From Candidatus Uhrbacteria bacterium (GTDB lineage Bacteria; Patescibacteriota; Patescibacteriia; UBA9934; GWF2-40-263): 64,000 nt of DNA. The notes below the pieces were generated by a model. The model did no database searches, had not been told where the DNA came from, and worked only from the letters and a program-made list of their open reading frames with translations. The translations under genes were made by a program, and so were the position numbers. Each line of letters opens with the position of its first letter. The stretch's first letter is position 1. Of this stretch, positions 1 to 9,004 are shown in pieces. The DNA lies in the NCBI GenBank assembly GCA_014239775.1, contig JAAZYG010000022.1, positions 2,218 to 66,217 on the forward strand. The letters are read 5' to 3'.

Positions 1-1
1 A

Positions 2-1210
2 CAAGCTGGTTTTATAAATCAGTCAATGTCAGGGGTTTACAGCTACTTACCTTTAGGTTTGAGAGTGTTAAATAAAATTAAACAGATTGTTCGTGAGGAA
101 ATGGACGCATTGGGTGCAAATGAAATATTAATGCCAGCACTTCATTCAAAGAACTTATATGACACAACAGAGAGATGGGACTCAATCGATGTACTGTTTA
201 AATTAAAAGGTAGTGGAAAAAAGGAATATGCTTTAGGTTCAACTCATGAAGAAGTTGTAACACCCCTAGTAAAGGAGTATGTAAAATCATATAAAGATTT
301 ACCTGTCGCTGTATATCAGATACAAGATAAGTTTCGAGATGAGCCAAGAGCAAAATCAGGACTTTTACGTGGACGTGAATTTTCAATGAAAGATTTGTAC
401 AGCTTTCATCTAACAGAGGAAGATTTTAATAAGTTTTATGAAAAGTCTAAAGAGTCATATTTAAATGTATTTAGTCGTTGCGGACTTGATGCTGTTGTTG
501 TTGAAGCAAGTGGTGGGGTATTTTCAAAATTCTCACATGAATTTCAGGTAAAGACTGAGTATGGTGAAGATACAATTTTTAATTGTAAATGTGGTTTTGC
601 ACAAAACAAAGAAATTGCAGAAGTAAAAGAAGATGATGATTGTCCAAAGTGCGGTACAGGAAAAATTCAAACATCAAAGTCTATTGAGGTTGGAAATATT
701 TTTCCTTTAAAAAATAGATTCACAAAAGCTTTTGGTTTTAAGGTTCAAGGACAAGATGGAAAGCAGACAGACATCTTGATGGGTTGCTATGGAATTGGTC
801 CGTCTCGTGTCATGGGTTCAGTTGTAGAGGTGCATCATGATGATAAAGGAATTGTGTGGCCAAAGGCAATTGCACCATTTAACGTACATCTTATTTCAAT
901 AAAAAATAAAGACGAAGCTATACAAGAAAAAATTATGGGAATATGTCAGTCATTGCATGATGAGCTGAATCAACTTGGTGTAGATGTACTGTGGGACGAT
1001 AGAGAAAATATATCAGCTGGTCAAAAATTTGCAGATGCAGACTTGATAGGGAATCCACTTAGAATAGTTGTTTCTGAAAAGACGTTGGCAGATAATTCTG
1101 TTGAATGGAAAGAGCGCCATGAATCTGAAAGTAAGTTAGTTAGTACGGAAAATGCAGTGAATAAAATTAAGATGTTTATAGATGCACCAGATAATTTAAC
1201 AAGTCATTAG
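2..1210 (+). CDS. proS: Proline--tRNA ligase, 5'-truncated by the window; short form without INS editing domain
   Basis: Frame open from base 2; motifs THEEVVT, FRDEPRAKSGLLRGREF, EVGNIF, MGCYGIG, FADADLIG. Confidence 0.96.
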   Translation, partial: QAGFINQSMSGVYSYLPLGLRVLNKIKQIVREEMDALGANEILMPALHSKNLYDTTERWDSIDVLFKLKGSGKKEYALGSTHEEVVTPLVKEYVKSYKDLPVAVYQIQDKFRDEPRAKSGLLRGREFSMKDLYSFHLTEEDFNKFYEKSKESYLNVFSRCGLDAVVVEASGGVFSKFSHEFQVKTEYGEDTIFNCKCGFAQNKEIAEVKEDDDCPKCGTGKIQTSKSIEVGNIFPLKNRFTKAFGFKVQGQDGKQTDILMGCYGIGPSRVMGSVVEVHHDDKGIVWPKAIAPFNVHLISIKNKDEAIQEKIMGICQSLHDELNQLGVDVLWDDRENISAGQKFADADLIGNPLRIVVSEKTLADNSVEWKERHESESKLVSTENAVNKIKMFIDAPDNLTSH

Positions 1211-1212
1211 TA

Positions 1213-1244
1213 TTGACAAAAATGTAAAAATAAGCAATTATACA
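1213..1244 (+). promoter_or_regulatory. Putative sigma70 promoter for the leader/MFS transcript
   Basis: TTGACA at 1213-1218 followed by an AT-rich, imperfect -10 region. Confidence 0.5.
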
Positions 1245-1249
1245 CAGGT

Positions 1250-1348
1250 ATGAACAGATCTATATCTTACAACGGAACACAATTTACACATGCATATGCA
1301 ATGCTTGTGTGTGTTTTTGGTTTGCCGGGTAAAAAGGATCTGATGTAA
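1250..1348 (+). CDS. Putative 32-aa leader peptide MNRSISYNGTQFTHAYAMLVCVFGLPGKKDLM
   Basis: ATG..TAA between the promoter and a terminator; overlaps the antiterminator strand. Confidence 0.5.
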   Translation: MNRSISYNGTQFTHAYAMLVCVFGLPGKKDLM

Positions 1349-1370
1349 GTTTTTATTGATATCAGTTTCT

Positions 1371-1400
1371 AAACAACTCGGGAAACCGGGTTGTTTTTTT
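1371..1400 (+). terminator. Intrinsic terminator/attenuator in the MFS 5' leader
   Basis: AAACAACTCGG-GAAA-CCGGGTTGTTT followed by a T run, ~40 nt before the MFS start. Confidence 0.8.
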
Positions 1401-1438
1401 GTTCTTTAAATATACAAACAAACCAAATTGGAGTTTTG

Positions 1439-2611
1439 ATGAGAGTAGAAAAAATGTATTACACGTTTGGTGGTTTGCATATGTTTGGTATTGGTGTAAT
1501 TGCGCCAGCCTACTCACCGTATATGCTATCGATCGGATTATCCTTAGCAGAGATCTCGCTTGTTAATGCTGTTTTTTGGATTGTTATGATTTGCGCAGAG
1601 CTTCCAACAGGAATGCTTGCAGATGGCAAATCACGTGCATGGTCATTAAAATTTGGTGCATTATTTTTTGGTACAGGTGCCGCTGGGTATTCAATTGCAA
1701 CAGATGTTACAAGTGTTGCTTTGTCAGAAGCAGTTATTGGAATAGGTGCTTCTATGGTGTCTGGTGCAAAACAAGCATGGATTACTGATGCATTGGATAA
1801 GGTTGGTAGAAAAGAAGATGTGCGTAAAGTATTTGCAACAGATGCAATAATCACATCTTTTTTAATGATGGCAGGTGGCTTTATTGGAGCTTATATAGCC
1901 ACAATTAATTACAGATATATTTGGGGTCCACTTATTTTCTGTAATATTATTGCTGCAGCAATTGCACATAAAGCAATGAATGGAAAAGGTGAACCTAATG
2001 TAAGAGTTGATGAGTTTGTGGCATTAAGAAAAAGTATTGAGCATTTAAAGAAAAGCAGATCATTACAATGGGTCATTTCAATCACAATCTTGTCAGGCTG
2101 TGTTGTGTGTTTCAATCACTATTGGTCTATATACTTTAAGCCAATGGTTGGTCAGATCAACCTATCATGGATATGGGTATTCATTTATGTATCAATGATG
2201 CTGTCTGGCATGTATGTGCGTAATGTAAAAATAAGACCAGGGAAAGAGGTTGCACTAATCATAGGTTCAATTGTGATTTCTGGTAGTGGTTTAGTGCTGA
2301 TGTCTTATTTTAACGGTCTAATATTATCACTTACAGCGGTGGCAATTCATGAAATTGGTAGGGGGATATTTTTTCCATTAGTAGATGCATTTGTACAAAC
2401 AAGGGTACGTAGTTCATACAGGGCAACATTTGGTTCACTTCAGTCATTTATTGGAGGACTGGGATTTCCAATTGTGCTTTTATGTATGTGGCTTGCTGTG
2501 TCTGGAGAGCCAGAATCAAATAAGACAATCGATATGGTTTGGTCTGTATGTGGAAGTATTTTAATTGTTGGAGGGATTATTTTTTGGTTGTTTAGACCAA
2601 AAGAAAAATAA
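1439..2611 (+). CDS. MFS transporter (efflux-like)
   Basis: About 12 hydrophobic segments; ELPTGMLADGKSRAWS motif A-like; SSYRATFGSLQS; GGAG upstream of ATG 1439. Confidence 0.88.
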   Translation: MRVEKMYYTFGGLHMFGIGVIAPAYSPYMLSIGLSLAEISLVNAVFWIVMICAELPTGMLADGKSRAWSLKFGALFFGTGAAGYSIATDVTSVALSEAVIGIGASMVSGAKQAWITDALDKVGRKEDVRKVFATDAIITSFLMMAGGFIGAYIATINYRYIWGPLIFCNIIAAAIAHKAMNGKGEPNVRVDEFVALRKSIEHLKKSRSLQWVISITILSGCVVCFNHYWSIYFKPMVGQINLSWIWVFIYVSMMLSGMYVRNVKIRPGKEVALIIGSIVISGSGLVLMSYFNGLILSLTAVAIHEIGRGIFFPLVDAFVQTRVRSSYRATFGSLQSFIGGLGFPIVLLCMWLAVSGEPESNKTIDMVWSVCGSILIVGGIIFWLFRPKEK

Positions 2612-2668
2612 CACATTCAAGTGAATGTGTTTTTTATTTTAAAAACAGACCGTATAGGATCTGTTTTT
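2610..2668. terminator. Two hairpin terminators between the convergent MFS and HU genes
   Basis: AACACATTCA/TGAATGTGTT+T run; AAAAACAGA/TCTGTTTTT. Confidence 0.7.
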
Positions 2669-2678
2669 AATATTTTTT

Positions 2679-2969
2679 TTATATTGATCGCTTTCCTTTG
2701 AGTGTGTCCTTCAGTGCCTTACCAGCCTTAAACTTAGGAACAATGACTGCAGGTATTTCGATTGATTCAGAAGGGTTTTGTGGGTTGACTCCCATTCGTC
2801 CTTTTCTTTCACGTGCACTAAATGTTCCAAAGCCTGCAATTGTAACATCCTCACCTCTTACAAGTGTTTTCGTTATTGTTTTTTCAAATGTGGCAATAAA
2901 ATCTTCAGCAAGTTTTTTTGATACATTTAGTTGCTCAGATAATTGTGCGGCAAGTTCTACTTTATTCAT
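2679..2969 (-). CDS. hup: HU family DNA-binding protein
   Basis: MNKVEL..GFGTFS..RKGRMGVNPQ..PKFKAGKALKD. Confidence 0.95.
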   Translation of the reverse strand: MNKVELAAQLSEQLNVSKKLAEDFIATFEKTITKTLVRGEDVTIAGFGTFSARERKGRMGVNPQNPSESIEIPAVIVPKFKAGKALKDTLKGKRSI

Positions 2970-3028
2970 ATATGCTAATTATTAACTAATCTACCGTAAG
3001 TATAGCAGAATATTTAATGTCAAACAAT

Positions 3029-4591
3029 CTATTTTGCATATTCAATAACTCGAGTTTCTCGTATAATAGTAATCTTAATTTCACCAGGATAACTAAGCTC
3101 CGCCTCAACTTTATTGGCAATATCTTTTGCTAGGTTGTATGCAGTTAAGTCATTAATTTTTTCTGGATGTACAAACACTCTGACTTGTCGTCCTGCCTGT
3201 ATTGCATATACTTTTTCAACACCGTCAAAGGAACCAGCTGTTTGTTCAAGTTCTTCCATTCTTTGAACAAATTGTTCAAGTGATTGTTTTCTGGCTCCAG
3301 GTCGCGCACCGCTAATAGCGTCACCCGCTTTAACAATTGCACCTTCTATTGTACGAGGCTTATCTTCATGGTGGGCAATTGATTGGTAACAAATTTCCTC
3401 AGGAAAACCAAATTTCTTCATTATATTATAACCTATTTCAGGATGAGCACCTTGCATGTCATGATCTACTGCTTTTCCAATATCATGAAATAGTCCACCT
3501 TTTTTACATACAAATACATTTGCACCAAGTTCTTCTGCAATCATTCCAGAGATCATGCCAACTTCAATTGAATGTTGTAATGCATTTTGTCCGTAACTGG
3601 TCCGGTACTTCATTCTTCCAAGAATTGAAATCAATTTAGGATCAATTGATGAAACAGGTATTCCTAATTGGTATAAAGCATCTTCTCCAGATTTTCTTAG
3701 ATCTTTTGTGAGTGCTTTTTTTGCATCTTGTACTGATTCTTCTATGCGTGCTGGGTGAATACGACCATCCTTTATTAATGAGTCAAGTGCAATTTTTGCA
3801 ACCTGACGTCTAATAGGGGAGAAGCCGCTAATTGTGATCATCTCAGGTGTGTCATCAACAATAATTTCTGTTCCTGTAAGCATTTCAATCGCTTTAATGT
3901 TTCGTCCTTCTTTTCCAATTATCCTACCCTTCATTTCATCATTCGGTAGACTAACCGATGTTGTTGTAGTATCAGTGCAAACAGAAGATGCGAACCTTGT
4001 TAATGCAAGTGATAAGATCTTTCTTGATGTTTTTTCAAGTTCCTCTTCAGAGGTTTGTTCAAGTTTCCTTACTCTATTCATTAATGCGTCTTGTTCATCA
4101 GATTCAATGATTTGTAATAGTTTTTCTTTTGCATCTTCTCTTGAAAGACCTGCAACTTCTTGTAATTTTGTGATTTGCTGCTCCTTAATATCACTTATCT
4201 TTATTTTAAGTTCATCTAGTTGTTTATTTTTTTCATCAAGTTGGGTTTTTTTATTTTCAAATTCCATCAACTTTTGATCAAACATGTTTTCGCGTTTTTC
4301 TATTCTTCTTTGTTGATCTTGTATATCTCTTCTTCTAGATTTTTCATCATTCTTTGCTTCATCTACAATCTTAATTGCCTTTTCTTTTGAGCGAATAATG
4401 ATTTCTTGTTCTTTGTTCTTAGCATCTTGAAGTAATTTTTGCTGTTTTGTTTTTGCATCTTCAAGCATTTTACTAGCACGATCCTCAGCATCATTGGCTG
4501 ATTTTTTGGCGGAAATTTTTCTCAATATATAGCCAAGTATCACACCAGTCACACTTGATATCAATGCTATAAAAATTATATTTATATTCAT
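3029..4591 (-). CDS. rny: Ribonuclease Y
   Basis: N-terminal TM, coiled coil, KH (MKGRIIGKEGRNIK), HD (HDIGKA), DAISGARPGAR; start 4591 preferred over 4603. Confidence 0.97.
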   Translation of the reverse strand: MNINIIFIALISSVTGVILGYILRKISAKKSANDAEDRASKMLEDAKTKQQKLLQDAKNKEQEIIIRSKEKAIKIVDEAKNDEKSRRRDIQDQQRRIEKRENMFDQKLMEFENKKTQLDEKNKQLDELKIKISDIKEQQITKLQEVAGLSREDAKEKLLQIIESDEQDALMNRVRKLEQTSEEELEKTSRKILSLALTRFASSVCTDTTTTSVSLPNDEMKGRIIGKEGRNIKAIEMLTGTEIIVDDTPEMITISGFSPIRRQVAKIALDSLIKDGRIHPARIEESVQDAKKALTKDLRKSGEDALYQLGIPVSSIDPKLISILGRMKYRTSYGQNALQHSIEVGMISGMIAEELGANVFVCKKGGLFHDIGKAVDHDMQGAHPEIGYNIMKKFGFPEEICYQSIAHHEDKPRTIEGAIVKAGDAISGARPGARKQSLEQFVQRMEELEQTAGSFDGVEKVYAIQAGRQVRVFVHPEKINDLTAYNLAKDIANKVEAELSYPGEIKITIIRETRVIEYAK

Positions 4592-4785
4592 AAAACTTCT
4601 CATTGTTTTGAGAAGTTGAATAAATTACGCCGTTAAGACGTAATAGGTGTATACGGTTGTTATGATTTGCTTCCTATAATAAAAAACCTGACTTAATATT
4701 ATGTAAGTAGGTTATTTTAGTGCTAAATTTAGTAAAATCTCTAAAATTCATAGGAAAGTATTTCAAACCGCAACTTCAACTTCTG
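4592..4785 (-). promoter_or_regulatory. Structured 5' leader of rny (candidate cis-regulatory RNA)
   Basis: Nested inverted repeats AGAAGTTGAA/TTCAACTTCT, CGGTT/AACCG, TTCCTAT/ATAGGAA plus a competing start-proximal hairpin. Confidence 0.6.
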
Positions 4786-4842
4786 TAAAACTATTTAATA
4801 TCATTAGTTACTTTAAAAGATTATCAGAGGACATGTTCAATG

Positions 4843-5550
4843 TCAAAGTTTATCAAGAAATAAATTTATTGGTTGAATGTGTTTTTCTGTTCCTATTTTT
4901 TTAATTTCATCAATACTAAGTGATTCTAGGGCCGTGTAAGGACCTATTTGTGTGCGGTGCAGTTTTTCAACATAACCACCTGTACCAAGTTGTTTTCCTA
5001 AATCACGTGCAATTGCTCGTATATATGTTCCTGTAGAGCAATGTATTTTTACTTCTAAGGAATATTTATTTGAAGTTATTTTGTTGAATTTAAGTAATTC
5101 AAGACTGTAAATTGTTATTTTTCTTAATTTCGGTTTAACAGTTTTACCGCTTCTGGCAATTTCGTACATTTTTTTACCATTTATCTTGATTGCAGAATAT
5201 TGTGGTGGTTCTTGTTCTATTTCACCAGAGAATGCAGGTAATACTGTTGTTATATCTTCTTCTGTAATTTCATTATGAATAGGAACTTCAATTAGTTGGC
5301 CTGTTTTATCGTCTGTATCAGATGATTGTCCTATGATAAAAGTCGCTTCATATTTTTTATCTAAACCAACTAAGTTTTTCATTTCACGGGTCGCCTCTCT
5401 TGTTACGGCAACAATAAGTAGTCCAGTTGCAAATGGATCAAGGGTGCCCGCATGACCTACTCGTTTTTCATTGGTTAGTTTGCGGACCTGATTAACAACA
5501 TCGTGTGATGTAACATCTGTTTGTTTATTAATTAACAAAAAACCTTTCAT
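4843..5550 (-). CDS. truB: tRNA pseudouridine(55) synthase
   Basis: GHAGTLDPFATGLL, PPQYSAIKINGKK, CSTGTYIRA. Confidence 0.96.
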   Translation of the reverse strand: MKGFLLINKQTDVTSHDVVNQVRKLTNEKRVGHAGTLDPFATGLLIVAVTREATREMKNLVGLDKKYEATFIIGQSSDTDDKTGQLIEVPIHNEITEEDITTVLPAFSGEIEQEPPQYSAIKINGKKMYEIARSGKTVKPKLRKITIYSLELLKFNKITSNKYSLEVKIHCSTGTYIRAIARDLGKQLGTGGYVEKLHRTQIGPYTALESLSIDEIKKIGTEKHIQPINLFLDKL

Positions 5551-5638
5551 AGATTGACCTTTTTGGATTTTTTAGCTAAACTCCCAATCAGTTTTCGGTA
5601 AGAGTATGCCGAATATATACCAGTGTCTACCAATATAT

Positions 5639-7666
5639 ATGAATATAACAGAATTAGCACGAAGACTAAGAGCAAATCCAGAAGAGCTAAGGCAAAAATT
5701 GCCAGAGCTCGGTTTTAGTTTTGGTAGAAAAGCAATAAAAATAGACACAAAACAAGCACATAAAATTATTGAGGCGTGGTCAGACATGAAGAGAAAAGAA
5801 CGTCTGGCTGAAAAAGTAGAGGCACAAAAAGCATTAGCACAAAGAAAGAAAGATACACCAAGAGAAGAATTGGAAGAGGTTAGAGTTACGGCAATTATTA
5901 CGGTTCGTGATTTTGCTTCACGATTACAGTTGCCTGTACCAAAACTAATGCAAGAGTTGATGAAAAATGGGATTCTAGCATCTATTAACCAAGAGATTGA
6001 TTTTGATACAGCATCTATTATTGCTGAGGATTTAGGATTTCGTGCAGAGCTAGAAGGTCAAGAGATTGATAACGATGAGGAAGGAATTGAAAAAATTTTA
6101 GAAAGTGTAGAAAAGGAAGACAGTGCAAATCTTGTTGAGCGTCCACCTGTTGTTGTTGTGATGGGTCACGTAGATCATGGAAAAACAAGATTGCTTGACG
6201 CAATACGTAATACAAACATAATTGACACAGAGGCCGGTGGAATTACTCAGCACATTGGTGCATATCAGGTAACAAGAAAAGACCAGCAGATTACTTTTAT
6301 TGATACACCAGGTCACGAAGCTTTTACTGTAATGAGGTCTCGTGGTGCAAAGGTTGCAGATATTGCGATTTTGGTTGTGGCAGTTGATGATGGTGTGCAA
6401 CCTCAAACAAAAGAAGCTATTAATATTATAAAATCAGCAAATCTTCCGTTTATAATTGCTTTAAACAAGATTGATAGAGAACAAGCTAATATAGAGAGGG
6501 TTAAAGGTGAGTTGGCAGAATTTGATTTAGTATCTGAAGACTGGGGAGGAAAAACCATAATGGTTCCAATATCTGCAAAACAAGAAACAAACATCGATAA
6601 TCTGTTGGATATGTTGTTGTTGGTGTATGACATGGAAAAGAAAAATATTGTCGCCAATCCAAAAAGAAAAGCAATCGGAACGGTAATTGAATCCAATGTT
6701 GATCCAGGCACAGGCCCTGTTGCAACAGTACTGGTTCAAAGTGGAACTTTAAAAATTACAGACACACTTGGTGTGCGGGGTAATTTATTTGGACGTGTAA
6801 GAAAGATGGTTGACTTTTCGGGCAGTGATTTAAAAGAGGCGGTACCATCTACCCCTGTAAAGATTATAGGTTGGAAATTAGCACCTGCTGTAGGTGATGT
6901 TATGGAGGTTCCAAAAAATGTAAAAGATTTGAAAAAGATTAAGTCTACTGACATGTCACTTAAGGCAACTGAGGAAGTTGCGTCTATGAAAGTTTTAACA
7001 ACTGATTCTAGTTCAGATTCAGAAGAAAAGAAATTTCTAAATATATTAATAAGGTCAGACGTACTGGGTTCATTAGAGGCAATATTGGGTATGCTTGATA
7101 AGATTAAGCATGAGGATGTTGGTGTAAAGGTTGTACAAAAAGGCCTAGGAAATATTACAGATGCTGATATTCTGAGTGCAGAGGCATCAGGTGCAATTGC
7201 TATAGGGTTTAATGTTGTTCCAACAACAAGTGCTAAAAGGCTTGCAAGAGAAAAGAAAGTTGATCTAAGAGAATATAAAATTATTTATAAATTATTTGAG
7301 GACATACTTGTTGATCTTGAAAAACATGTACCTTCAGAGACTGTAATCACAGAACATGGAATATTTGAGGTGTTAAAGAACTTCAAAAAAATAGATGGAG
7401 GTTATATTATTGGAGGACGTGTTAAGAAGGGTAAACTTATACCAGATCTAAAGTTGCGTTTAAAACGTGGCGATGAATATGTTGGTGAGGGTATTATAAA
7501 AAGTTTACAGCTTGGAAAATCTGAAATGAAAGAAGCGAATGAAGGGCAGGAGATAGGTGTTAATTATAAAGGAAAAGCAAGTCCAGAAGAAGGTGATCTT
7601 ATTGAGGCTTATACTGAAGAAAGGATCGCAAAAGAATTTATACTGGAAGGAATAAATCTAAGATAA
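5639..7666 (+). CDS. infB: Translation initiation factor IF-2
   Basis: [32 protein letters not shown]. Confidence 0.97.
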   Translation: MNITELARRLRANPEELRQKLPELGFSFGRKAIKIDTKQAHKIIEAWSDMKRKERLAEKVEAQKALAQRKKDTPREELEEVRVTAIITVRDFASRLQLPVPKLMQELMKNGILASINQEIDFDTASIIAEDLGFRAELEGQEIDNDEEGIEKILESVEKEDSANLVERPPVVVVMGHVDHGKTRLLDAIRNTNIIDTEAGGITQHIGAYQVTRKDQQITFIDTPGHEAFTVMRSRGAKVADIAILVVAVDDGVQPQTKEAINIIKSANLPFIIALNKIDREQANIERVKGELAEFDLVSEDWGGKTIMVPISAKQETNIDNLLDMLLLVYDMEKKNIVANPKRKAIGTVIESNVDPGTGPVATVLVQSGTLKITDTLGVRGNLFGRVRKMVDFSGSDLKEAVPSTPVKIIGWKLAPAVGDVMEVPKNVKDLKKIKSTDMSLKATEEVASMKVLTTDSSSDSEEKKFLNILIRSDVLGSLEAILGMLDKIKHEDVGVKVVQKGLGNITDADILSAEASGAIAIGFNVVPTTSAKRLAREKKVDLREYKIIYKLFEDILVDLEKHVPSETVITEHGIFEVLKNFKKIDGGYIIGGRVKKGKLIPDLKLRLKRGDEYVGEGIIKSLQLGKSEMKEANEGQEIGVNYKGKASPEEGDLIEAYTEERIAKEFILEGINLR

Positions 7667-7683
7667 AATTTAATGTATATATT

Positions 7684-8001
7684 ATGGCGGAATTAAATCT
7701 TACTAAAGATAATTTTGAACAATCAGTTATACAGGCAGATAAGCCTGTAATGATAGATTTTTGGGCGCCATGGTGTGGGCCTTGCAAAGCAATGTCTCCT
7801 GTAATAGAGGAGCTGGCAAATGAAATGGATGATGCTTTGATAGGTAAGGTTAATGTGGATGATAATCCAGATTTAGCACAAAAGCATAATGTGTTATCAA
7901 TACCAACATTTATTATTTATAAAGGAGGTCAGGTTGTTGATCAGTTTTCTGGGTCAATGAGTAAGGGTGAATTAAAAGAGAAAATTGAAAAATATATTTG
8001 A
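7684..8001 (+). CDS. trxA: Thioredoxin
   Basis: WAPWCGPC. Confidence 0.97.
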   Translation: MAELNLTKDNFEQSVIQADKPVMIDFWAPWCGPCKAMSPVIEELANEMDDALIGKVNVDDNPDLAQKHNVLSIPTFIIYKGGQVVDQFSGSMSKGELKEKIEKYI

Positions 8002-8002
8002 T

Positions 8003-8941
8003 ATGGATATTCAAAATCTTATAATAATAGGTTCGGGTCCTGCTGGGTATACAGCTGCAATTTATGCTGCAAGAGCTGAATTAAAACCATTATTATTTGA
8101 AGGAAGGCAGCTTGGAGGTCAGCCAGGTGGGCAACTAATGTTAACAACGGAGGTTGAGAATTATCCAGGGTTTCCAGAAGGGTTGACTGGGCCAGAGATG
8201 ATGGCAAACTTTAAAAAACAAGCAGAACGATTTAATACAGAGATAGTTAGTGACGATATTGTGGAAGTTGATTTTTCTGTGCGTCCATTTATTCTAAAAA
8301 CAGAGAATAAAGAATATAAAGCAAATTCAGTAATTATTTGTACTGGAGCACAAGCTGTGTGGCTGGGTGTAGAAGGTGAGCAAAAGTATCAGGGTGCAGG
8401 AGTCTCAGCATGTGCAACCTGTGATGGATTTTTCTTTAAGGATCAAGAAATTATTGTTGTTGGTGGTGGAGATTCTGCGATGGAAGAAGCAAATTTTTTA
8501 ACAAAATTTGCAAGTAAGGTTACTATTCTTGTTAGAAGAGACGAATTGAAAGCATCAAAGATCATGCAAAGGCGATCTATGGACAATGCAAAGATTAGTT
8601 TTTTATGGAATACTGAGGTACAAGAAGTTTTGGGTGATGGGAATAGAATGACAGGTGTAAAAATTATTAACAATCAAACAAAGGAGACATCAGAATTAAA
8701 TGCTGGAGGTTTATTTGTGGCAATAGGCCATAAACCAAATAGTGATATTTTTAAAGGCAAGATAGATCTTGATGAAAAGGGTTATATAGTAGTTGGGCAA
8801 GGTAATACAAAAACAAGTGTCGAGGGTATTTTTGCAGGAGGAGACATAATAGATTATATATACAGGCAAGCTGTTACAGCTGCAGGTACAGGTTGTATGG
8901 CTGCGCTGGACGCAGAACGGTATTTGTCATCTAAAGAATAA
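8003..8941 (+). CDS. trxB: Thioredoxin-disulfide reductase
   Basis: GSGPAG, CATCDG, GGGDSA, YRQAVTAAGTG. Confidence 0.97.
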   Translation: MDIQNLIIIGSGPAGYTAAIYAARAELKPLLFEGRQLGGQPGGQLMLTTEVENYPGFPEGLTGPEMMANFKKQAERFNTEIVSDDIVEVDFSVRPFILKTENKEYKANSVIICTGAQAVWLGVEGEQKYQGAGVSACATCDGFFFKDQEIIVVGGGDSAMEEANFLTKFASKVTILVRRDELKASKIMQRRSMDNAKISFLWNTEVQEVLGDGNRMTGVKIINNQTKETSELNAGGLFVAIGHKPNSDIFKGKIDLDEKGYIVVGQGNTKTSVEGIFAGGDIIDYIYRQAVTAAGTGCMAALDAERYLSSKE

Positions 8942-9004
8942 AAATAGTAGAATAGGCGAGGTCAGAAAGGCCTCGTTTTTAATAGCAATAGAAAGCACAT
9001 GATT

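Noticed and set aside
1391-1438. Extended ORF-track starts (MFS 1391, infB 5606, rpsJ 38787, rplC 39416, adk 49524, asnS 52142)
   Set aside because: They run through terminators, hairpins or upstream genes; downstream starts fit family N-termini better.
4605-4790. Canonical 6S RNA upstream of rny
   Set aside because: The length fits, but the fold is multibranched without a clear central bubble and overlaps the rny start region. Not fully excluded without cmscan.
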